Assembly (NCBI GenBank): GCA_039802265.1
Contig: JBDRWI010000009.1
Span: 1 to 42,858 of the forward strand
Source: a candidate division WOR-3 bacterium
GTDB taxonomy: Bacteria; Hydrothermota; Tepidihabitantia; SM23-42; JAOAFX01
Length of the DNA: 42,858 nt
Direction of reading: 5' to 3'
Positions 28,661-36,136 of this stretch are shown here, piece after piece. Position 1 is the stretch's first letter. Each line of letters begins with the position of its first letter. The position numbers and the translations under genes are program-made. The notes beneath the pieces were generated by a model. That model saw only the letters and a program-made list of their open reading frames with translations, ran no database searches and had not been told where the DNA came from.

Positions 28661-30169
28661 ATGAAGTTCTATTTTGATCGTAGATTATTATTAATACTTT
28701 TGGCAAGTTTAGCCATTTCTGCTCCGATCTGGCCAAACTGGAAATACGACCGGCAGTTAACCGGCCGATGCCCTTATATCGGTCCTGAACAACCCGAAAT
28801 CGACTGGACATTTGATACCGGTGATACATTCAGAATTCGCAACGCTTCTCCTGTAATAGCCGAAGATGGGACCATATATTTCAGCAGTCCTGATAGTTTT
28901 GTTTTCGCAATAAACCCTGATGGCACTCAGAAATGGTGCTACAAAACGCAAGGTGTACCTTATTACCCAACGTTAGATGATTGGGGCAGGATCTATGTTG
29001 GAGTAATGGGAGACAGCATCTGGGTTTTAGCACTTGATGATTCCGCCACCTATGCTAAATTAGTCTGGTCGTGGAGTCAGATAAATACAGAAAATTACTG
29101 GCTTCCCCCCTTAGTTATTGGACCAGATAGAACAGTCTATATCACCACCGATTCTTTGCGGGCAATTGATAGTACCGGACTTTTAAAGTGGAGCTACAAT
29201 CGGGGGATATATTGTGGCTATCCACCGGCAATGTCTCCGGATTATTCAAATCTATACTACGAGTCAGCAGATCAGTATACTGTTTGGCTTACAAGTAGAG
29301 ATACCAACGGAATCCTTAACTGGATAAGGGTTATAGGGCCTGCCCCTATGGCATTAACCTGGGGTAGCCCGGCAATTGGTACAGATAGTACGATATATTT
29401 GGTTACCGGTGACGGATGGTTGTATGGAATCCGACCCAATAATACTGACAAATGGCCTCCGCTCTGGAACCTCGGAGATTTGATATTTCAATCTGTTTCA
29501 CTTGGTTTAAATGATACCCTATGGTTGATGAATCGGGGCTATAGACCAATCTATCGCAAATTCTCGCCGGATGATGGTTCAATTACTTTTGAAGATACAA
29601 TTATAACCACACCCTCGCAAAGCAATATGTATGGCTCATTTATCATTGATGCCCTTGGCCATGCTTATATTGTGGTCCGTGATTCAGGCATTGTACAAAG
29701 CACTCTATATGCATTCAATCCTGATGGAACAATTAAATGGAGCTATGCACTGCCCGGTAGAATATACAGAAGTTATCCGGCTATTGGACCGAATAGATAC
29801 CTATATGTTGTCGCCGGCACAACCCTATATGCAATTCGTGATGGTTATAGTGTAACAGAAAAAGTTTCCGGGGATAAAGTGAATTTTGACATTCATATTT
29901 ATCCCAATCCATTTCGGAACCGGCTAAATATAAGATTCAGAATATTGGGTCAAGAAGCAGGAAATAAAAAAATTGTTGTATCAGTTTATGATGCCCTGGG
30001 TCGGAGAGTAAAATCCTTCAATCTTGAGTCCAGCAACAAGGATAAAATATCAAATGTTGCCTGGTTTGGGGATGATGATCTTGGTCATGAACTTCCAGCC
30101 GGTATTTACCTGTTAGAGTTTGTAGTGGATGGTTTCAAAAAAACCGAGAAAGTAGTATTGCTGAAATAA
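28661..30169 (+). CDS. PQQ-like beta-propeller protein 2 (paralog of 26014..27531) with T9SS-type CTD
   Basis: Shares SAPIWPNWKYDRQLTGRCPY and ASPVI.EDGT.YFSSPDSF; CTD IYPNPF..LPAGIY. Start is 28661 or 28646. Confidence 0.85.
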   Translation: MKFYFDRRLLLILLASLAISAPIWPNWKYDRQLTGRCPYIGPEQPEIDWTFDTGDTFRIRNASPVIAEDGTIYFSSPDSFVFAINPDGTQKWCYKTQGVPYYPTLDDWGRIYVGVMGDSIWVLALDDSATYAKLVWSWSQINTENYWLPPLVIGPDRTVYITTDSLRAIDSTGLLKWSYNRGIYCGYPPAMSPDYSNLYYESADQYTVWLTSRDTNGILNWIRVIGPAPMALTWGSPAIGTDSTIYLVTGDGWLYGIRPNNTDKWPPLWNLGDLIFQSVSLGLNDTLWLMNRGYRPIYRKFSPDDGSITFEDTIITTPSQSNMYGSFIIDALGHAYIVVRDSGIVQSTLYAFNPDGTIKWSYALPGRIYRSYPAIGPNRYLYVVAGTTLYAIRDGYSVTEKVSGDKVNFDIHIYPNPFRNRLNIRFRILGQEAGNKKIVVSVYDALGRRVKSFNLESSNKDKISNVAWFGDDDLGHELPAGIYLLEFVVDGFKKTEKVVLLK

Positions 30170-30201
30170 CAATACAGCTCAATAATAAAGTCACTTATCC
30201 T

Positions 30202-33200
30202 TTACCGGAGGAGAACAGCCTTCTCTACCTTGTTAAAATCTTTGGCTTCTAAGCGGACAAAATAGACGCCGGATGGCAATCTACGACCCATATCATCCTC
30301 GCCATACCATTCAACCGTTGAACGTTTACCGCTGACTGTTAACCGAGAAAAATCTTTAACCATCCTGCCAGTAACATCATATATCACAAGCCTAACGCCT
30401 TCCCCTACATCATCGTTAGGAATTGGGAATTTGGGATTTGTTTCGGATTTCGAATTTCGGATTTTATATTTTATCATTAGTTGATTTCGGAATGGGTTGG
30501 GATAAATGTTCAGTACCAACCTTACCCCTTCCATTGTTAACTTTTCACCCTCGCCAATTCCGGTTTCATCGTGAATATGGAGGGTAAAGTAAATATAAGT
30601 TTCGTAATTCCCATTATTCCCCATAACATAGACTTCCATGCCTGCTAATGTATCAACAGGATTGGAAGCAATTTGAATAAGATATGGCTCAGAAGAATTA
30701 TTTCCAACCGCCCCGACTTCTATATCGCCAAAACTGGCACTGCTATCAATGACTGAAACACTTGTGGAATTTGTCCGCAGCGTTCCGACAACACCGGTAA
30801 CACCCATATTACCATCATTTCTGATACAAAGTGTTATCTCCACAGTCTCACCAGGTTCAGGAATGCTGTTATTATTGCCCCCTGTCGAATCGTTTATTGT
30901 ATAATTTAAAAGATTTATCCAGGGTGAATGTTGACCCGCTGGTGGCTTTGTAGTAATCAAAAGTGCCCGACTATTGTTTAGGGGCACAGCATTCGGGTCA
31001 TAGTTATTGTTATAAACATATTGCAGCCCACGGGTTTGGGTTTCGTCTTCTATTCCAACACTATTTTCATTTGGGTTTGCCACTGTATTATATAAAAACA
31101 GAATTTCGCCATCACCGGTTGGGGTGGGATAATACTGGGGATCAAGTAAAATCGCCTGAAATGTCTCTCTTGTAGAAGTATTTCCATAGTGGCAACAATC
31201 CTTATATTCAACTATCCAGCGGTGATTTGTAGTATCATTGTAATAATAAATATCACCATATCCCTGGGGCTCAGGTCTCGGGTCAAGGTCGTCCCAGAAA
31301 GGCGCAAGAAGTCTTCTTGGGCCACCAATTAATGGAATCGCGGTATTTTCACCAAAACGGTAGGTGGAAGAGCCGAGTTCCAAAAAACCATTTGAACATA
31401 GACCAACAGTATTGTAATCTACCCCGTAGTACTTAAAGGTAAATGGTAGACTGTAAGTAACTGTATCAGCATCTTCGTCAGTAATTTCGCTAACGATCAG
31501 GCCGGGTCCGGGTGGAGCAATCTCAAACCAGTTATAAACTGGTGCATTACCGGTTAATGTATCGGTATCATCATAGATGTAATAACCATAAGGGTCTGGT
31601 CCAATTCCACCATTGGTTCCCGAGATTAGGATTGTAAAGTTATCAGACCAGGTATCACCCTGGGCATCAGTCATAACGACTTCAAATTGAACCGGATTGG
31701 TACTGGCAAAGGGCGAAACTGAAAAGACAAAAGGATTTAGGCCGAAAAGGGAAATATTGGGTGGAATTTCACCATAATGGGAAATGCTATCGGCAATAAA
31801 AATTGTACTGTCCGTTGTACGCAGAATTGCGTCCACATCTAAGGCTGTGCCCTGCCCACCATTTTGTAGATTTGCCCAGAGGAGTATTGTCTCCCCTGAA
31901 TTTACCTGTCCATTCTGGTTTCCCAAGGAATCGCTGAAGTAGTTGCCGAGGTAACTTATGTAGGCACTACCAGATGTTATCTGAACCACACCTTCATAAG
32001 GATAGAGATTCCTGCCAGTTACGGTAATGTCCATTGTCCCTGGTATAGGTGGAGTAAATATAAAAGAGACCGTTCCACTTGAATTTGTATAGCCTGTTTG
32101 ATAGATCAGTGTATCGAGGACGATGCAAACAAAGGCAGATTCAACAGGCATTCCCTGATGTTGAACCACGACATTAAGGGTCTCTTCAACACCTGCATTG
32201 AGCATTGTATCATAATATACTTCGATCCTCTTTGGCTTTGCAGTCCAGATCTGCATTGCCGGGTCACCAAGGGTTGTAAATCCACGATACTCTTGTGCAC
32301 TACCCCAGAGTTGATAAACATTTCTTCTACCCGCTTCACAGGCCTCACCAAATAGCATCTTTCGGTCGTTAAAGATGGCATTGAAGAATCCCTTACAGAC
32401 CGCGCTCCTCAAATATGCCTGTCCGATAACAATAGTAGTCGTGGCAAAATATCCTGCCCCACCTCGTGGTTGAGTTGGGGTTCCGGTCAATAGCCATCTC
32501 TCGGCAGTTGCCGGGTCGCCACTTGTCGCAATTGTCTTGCATGTAATAGAAAGGACGATGGGAAGTCTTACCCCATTCTGGGTCAGGTCTGGATTGACAT
32601 TAAATGGATCCCACCAATAACCCACCCCCTGACCCCTGTATAGCACAAATGCCCTTCCCTGATTTACCCTTGATATCACATCATTGGCATTATTACCCAG
32701 TTGGCTTGATAGTGTATCAATCGTATTGTATCCCCAGCCCGACATCAGTGCCTTGGCATGTCTTATATCACTCCAGTATATTGAATCATCGTAAGGGTCA
32801 TCATCTTCCCGCACAATGAGACAGGCATTTATAAGCCAGTCACCCGTCGTATCCGGATACCTTTCATAATAAAGCATTTTATTAACAACTGTCTGCGCCT
32901 GGGTTATATTGCGCACGGTCAAACGACCGGAAAGTATCTCGTTATAGATATCTGTGGTATCTATGTTTGTGTAATAATTATCGGTGTAAGTTCCAGAAAC
33001 CGTTGGAAATGCCAGAAAACTTGGGCCACCGACCAGGAGCAAAAACTCGGGTTTTATCGGCCAGTTATTATAGGCATTTCTGATATAATTTCTAATTGCA
33101 CCTGCATTATTACCACCAATCTCAGAGAGCTTTACAACCTTTGTGCGCAATCCCATCTTATGCTTCCACTGGGCATAGGGCAGGATTGAGTTATAAAATG

Positions 33201-33291
33201 TATCGGCGGTAATAATCAGATACCTTGCCCCTATTTCCTGGGCGGAAATTAAGGCATAAGAAAAAAGAATTAAAAGAAGAAACCTTTTCAC
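30202..33291 (-). CDS. C25 (gingipain-like) family protein B (paralog of 22710..25787) with T9SS-type CTD
   Basis: GTG start after SD AGAGGTG; same architecture; LPIVLSITC, LGDPAM, GPDPYGYYIYDDTD; CTD IYPNPF..LPSGVYF. Confidence 0.85.
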   Translation of the reverse strand: MKRFLLLILFSYALISAQEIGARYLIITADTFYNSILPYAQWKHKMGLRTKVVKLSEIGGNNAGAIRNYIRNAYNNWPIKPEFLLLVGGPSFLAFPTVSGTYTDNYYTNIDTTDIYNEILSGRLTVRNITQAQTVVNKMLYYERYPDTTGDWLINACLIVREDDDPYDDSIYWSDIRHAKALMSGWGYNTIDTLSSQLGNNANDVISRVNQGRAFVLYRGQGVGYWWDPFNVNPDLTQNGVRLPIVLSITCKTIATSGDPATAERWLLTGTPTQPRGGAGYFATTTIVIGQAYLRSAVCKGFFNAIFNDRKMLFGEACEAGRRNVYQLWGSAQEYRGFTTLGDPAMQIWTAKPKRIEVYYDTMLNAGVEETLNVVVQHQGMPVESAFVCIVLDTLIYQTGYTNSSGTVSFIFTPPIPGTMDITVTGRNLYPYEGVVQITSGSAYISYLGNYFSDSLGNQNGQVNSGETILLWANLQNGGQGTALDVDAILRTTDSTIFIADSISHYGEIPPNISLFGLNPFVFSVSPFASTNPVQFEVVMTDAQGDTWSDNFTILISGTNGGIGPDPYGYYIYDDTDTLTGNAPVYNWFEIAPPGPGLIVSEITDEDADTVTYSLPFTFKYYGVDYNTVGLCSNGFLELGSSTYRFGENTAIPLIGGPRRLLAPFWDDLDPRPEPQGYGDIYYYNDTTNHRWIVEYKDCCHYGNTSTRETFQAILLDPQYYPTPTGDGEILFLYNTVANPNENSVGIEDETQTRGLQYVYNNNYDPNAVPLNNSRALLITTKPPAGQHSPWINLLNYTINDSTGGNNNSIPEPGETVEITLCIRNDGNMGVTGVVGTLRTNSTSVSVIDSSASFGDIEVGAVGNNSSEPYLIQIASNPVDTLAGMEVYVMGNNGNYETYIYFTLHIHDETGIGEGEKLTMEGVRLVLNIYPNPFRNQLMIKYKIRNSKSETNPKFPIPNDDVGEGVRLVIYDVTGRMVKDFSRLTVSGKRSTVEWYGEDDMGRRLPSGVYFVRLEAKDFNKVEKAVLLR

Positions 33292-33311
33292 TTTTCACCT
33301 CTTTGTTCGCT

Positions 33312-33339
33312 ATTATATCCAAATCAAGACTTAAGTCAA
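33312..33339 (-). promoter_or_regulatory. Promoter of C25-B with palindrome over the -35
   Basis: TTGACT-N16-TATAAT; GACTTAAGTC 33328..33337. Confidence 0.7.
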
Positions 33340-33507
33340 TATTTATCTTACCGAATAAAAAAGTATATATACCCCATAACTTCCGGCACCTTTTTGGTCT
33401 TCCACTCCTTCAATTTTCAATATTAAAGGGTATAATTATTGAATCTTGGGCGCTAGCCCGAATTTAAAATCTATATTTGAGAAGGAATAATTGTAATACG
33501 CACTGAG

Positions 33508-33540
33508 AAGAAGAGGAGGGGTAATACCCCTCCTCTTCTT
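33508..33540. terminator. Strong hairpin 10 bp after the stop of 33551..35350
   Basis: AAGAAGAGGAGGGGTA-A-TACCCCTCCTCTTCTT. Confidence 0.8.
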
Positions 33541-33550
33541 ATTTTCATCA

Positions 33551-35350
33551 CTACTTTACCAGGATAATCTTTATCTTCTCCTGGTTATCTCCTATACAGA
33601 AGTATATACCCTGGTCAAGGCGGTTTCCTTTATCGTCGTAACCATTCCAGATGCCACTACCTTCTTCAAGATTTAGATTCTTCACGAGTCTTCCACTTAC
33701 ATCATATATCTTTGCCCTGTTAACATAGCCAGGGAAGTTAACTGCTGTGTAATTAGTGAAGGGATTGGGAGTTGCATAGGCAATCTTTGAATTATTCTTG
33801 GCTACCGGTCTAATCTCTTCCACTCCGGGTCCGGATTCAACACTTGCCCGAATCAAAATATCCATTGTAGCATTATCACGGTGTGGTGCCCAGGAACCCG
33901 TGTATTCATAGCCCCGCATTGAAAAGAGCGGGTCGGTATCCATTGAGAACCCTGGTTCAGCAGCATTCTCGCAGATACCGCCTACATAAAAGGCACCTTC
34001 GGTAATCACAAAATTGTGACCGCTGACATCTATATACCTCCATCCAGTATCAGTTACTACAATGAGTGTGTCAAATAACACAGTCCCTGGTTCTCCATTT
34101 GGACCATCGTCATCAATCAACTGACAATGGACCGGTGCATTTCCGCTCGTTACCGAACCAAAATGGAAAATCAACTGATTGACTTTCGCCGCATACTTCG
34201 GTGGGAAAAACTTATTCCCCCAACCTGAATTAGGACCATTCCATGCCATCACCTGTTCATAGGTATTATTGTCATACTGGAGTGTTACAGGGTATGTAAC
34301 GACTCTAGTCTCAACCATAACTGAATCATTTGATGGAGTCATATCGCCACTCAGTAACGATTTTACCTTCAGGGAATATTGACCATTAACTGTTGATGAC
34401 CAGGAAGGAGTAAAGACAATTGAATCGGTGGTGCCCGGCGTTAAACTGGGAACAGTAACCGTATCCGCAAACACAATCTGGTTGGACGGATTCCTTACCT
34501 GACAATAGACATTGAAATTGGACTCAGGTTGATTACCTGTATTCTTAACGACTGCCCAGAAATTTACCGGATCGCCATTATAGATAAATATACCGCCGGA
34601 GACATCATTCATTGCCTTCCAGACTGCAATATCATGCACCTCATAGGTCGTTGTTTCTGGTGGATAGAAACGAATGGCAAGATTTGCATGGATTGTATTC
34701 CCAGAAGGCACATTATCGTGATTATATTGAAGGCCGACCGTTCCTGAGACATTTTCAATACCCACAGTTAAGTAGTTTGTCCCTCCACCCGGAGTTCCAT
34801 TCTGAACAAGATACTGGAAGGTTATTGAACTATCGGGCTTTGAAAGTATGATCTGAAATGTATTTAGACTTGTACCAACATTCCAGAAACGGACACTATC
34901 ATACTGGATAATACAGGTATCTTGAGCAGCATTTGTCCAGTACCAGCATGTACCCTGCGGTGTGAAATCAATATCGCTCATCAGGGGAGCAAGGACATTA
35001 TTGGGCGTCTGAGGATTGGGAAGTGTCTGGAACGGATGAGCTTCAAGGGTCGGGTCCCCAAAGGCAATGTAGCCATTGGAGCCAACATAAAATGAGTTTA
35101 CCCGATACCAGTAGTATGGAAACTCAAATCCAATATTAAAAGGACCAACCACATTATCATCAGCCAGGCCAGTAATCTGAGTGCCGATTCCCTTTATATC
35201 AATCCACTGGAAGGTAGGTCCACCCGTTGTATCGCTATCAATCCAGCGATAGCCGTATGCATCAGGACCACCAGCACCACTAATTGTCGGTTCAGTAATA
35301 CTGAAGAAAGGTGAACCAACAACTTGAAACATTATTAATAGATATAGCAT
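33551..35350 (-). CDS. Secreted protein with GPDxYGY (nidogen-like) domain, CARDB domain and FlgD/T9SS-type CTD
   Basis: GGPDAYGYRWIDSD, IGFEFPYY, SNGYIAF, TVGIEN; VKNTG..GDMTPSND; CTD PNPF..IYDVSGRLVK..WNGYD..GIYF; SD AAGGAGG. Confidence 0.8.
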   Translation of the reverse strand: MLYLLIMFQVVGSPFFSITEPTISGAGGPDAYGYRWIDSDTTGGPTFQWIDIKGIGTQITGLADDNVVGPFNIGFEFPYYWYRVNSFYVGSNGYIAFGDPTLEAHPFQTLPNPQTPNNVLAPLMSDIDFTPQGTCWYWTNAAQDTCIIQYDSVRFWNVGTSLNTFQIILSKPDSSITFQYLVQNGTPGGGTNYLTVGIENVSGTVGLQYNHDNVPSGNTIHANLAIRFYPPETTTYEVHDIAVWKAMNDVSGGIFIYNGDPVNFWAVVKNTGNQPESNFNVYCQVRNPSNQIVFADTVTVPSLTPGTTDSIVFTPSWSSTVNGQYSLKVKSLLSGDMTPSNDSVMVETRVVTYPVTLQYDNNTYEQVMAWNGPNSGWGNKFFPPKYAAKVNQLIFHFGSVTSGNAPVHCQLIDDDGPNGEPGTVLFDTLIVVTDTGWRYIDVSGHNFVITEGAFYVGGICENAAEPGFSMDTDPLFSMRGYEYTGSWAPHRDNATMDILIRASVESGPGVEEIRPVAKNNSKIAYATPNPFTNYTAVNFPGYVNRAKIYDVSGRLVKNLNLEEGSGIWNGYDDKGNRLDQGIYFCIGDNQEKIKIILVK

Positions 35351-35486
35351 AGAACCTCCTTAATTAATTTCTTAACCTTTCAAACCATACTCCGCCAGTA
35401 TAGCGGATTATTTCCCACGAAACTTTTTGCTCCATAGGTTTTGGTCTCACCTTCATTTAGTTTCTTGGGCTATCTTTGAAATGTTT

Positions 35487-35498
35487 ATCACCTCCTTT
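35487..35498 (-). promoter_or_regulatory. Isolated extended Shine-Dalgarno (STAB-SD-like) in a long 5' leader
   Basis: AAAGGAGGTGAT about 137 nt upstream of ATG 35350, with no ATG at normal spacing. Confidence 0.55.
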
Positions 35499-35550
35499 CA
35501 AACCCAAGAACAGATACTCTTATCTGACCTTTTAAAACCCAACAATATCA

Positions 35551-35578
35551 ATTATAGCAATAAATTGAAGATTGTCAA
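35551..35578 (-). promoter_or_regulatory. sigma70-like promoter for 33551..35350
   Basis: TTGACA-N16-TATAAT. Confidence 0.75.
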
Positions 35579-35605
35579 GCAACCGATTTAAATAAAAAAT
35601 AGCCA

Positions 35606-35633
35606 TTGACATTTAACCAAAAATGTCTATAAT
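35606..35633 (+). promoter_or_regulatory. sigma70-like promoter for tmRNA
   Basis: TTGACA-N16-TATAAT. Confidence 0.75.
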
Positions 35634-35649
35634 TATCTAAAGTGAAAAA

Positions 35650-35999
35650 GGGGGCGATGGGTTTTGACGGAATGAATGAGGTGAATGAGGGCATACCGAG
35701 GGTCCTGGCCACCTCGTAAATCCGACCATGAGAAAAAAACATCCTGCAAACACAGGATACGCACTGGCTGCATAAAATAATGTAGCCACGCCTACCCAGG
35801 TTCAGCCCAACTTGGGATAGGTGTCATATAGGGCTAAACCTTGTCAACTCTGGCCTCAAGGGTTGGCATTGTAATCTCTGAGGCTTGCTCTAATCAACCT
35901 GTCCCTTGGTAAAGATTAGAGGAGAATTATAAAGGGAATAAGTATGTAGTCCTCTTCACTGAAGCATTCCGGACGCGGGTTCGATTCCCGCCGCCTCCA
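35650..35999 (+). ncRNA. ssrA: tmRNA (one-piece); tag peptide ANTGYALAA
   Basis: 5' GGGGGCG..TTTTGACGG pairs with 3' CGCCTCC-A with a G3.U wobble; T-arm GCGGGTTCGATTCCCGC; tag ORF GCA AAC ACA GGA TAC GCA CTG GCT GCA TAA at 35746..35775; CCA not encoded. Confidence 0.95.
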
Positions 36000-36066
36000 C
36001 TGGTAGCTTGTGGTAAGTGAAATTTTTCATTAATAAAAAGCAAGATTATGGCTTAAAATATTATAC

Positions 36067-36094
36067 TTGACAGGAATAAATTTTGGCGTATAAT
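36067..36094 (+). promoter_or_regulatory. sigma70-like promoter for the SBP-TonB gene
   Basis: TTGACA-N16-TATAAT; SD AAGGAGG before ATG 36137. Confidence 0.75.
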
Positions 36095-36136
36095 GTATAT
36101 TATAATAGTAACGCAACTTAGAAAAAGGAGGCAAAT

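Noticed and set aside
25830..30200. Invertible plus-strand cassette between the two C25 genes
   Set aside because: No flanking inverted repeats found by eye and no recombinase in the window.
22710..33291. Diversity-generating retroelement TR/VR pairs among the paralogs
   Set aside because: No RT; the differences inspected are not adenine-specific and both copies are full genes.
35960..36001. tRNA gene or integration (att) site
   Set aside because: The T-arm and acceptor stem belong to tmRNA; no duplicated 3' end or integrase seen.
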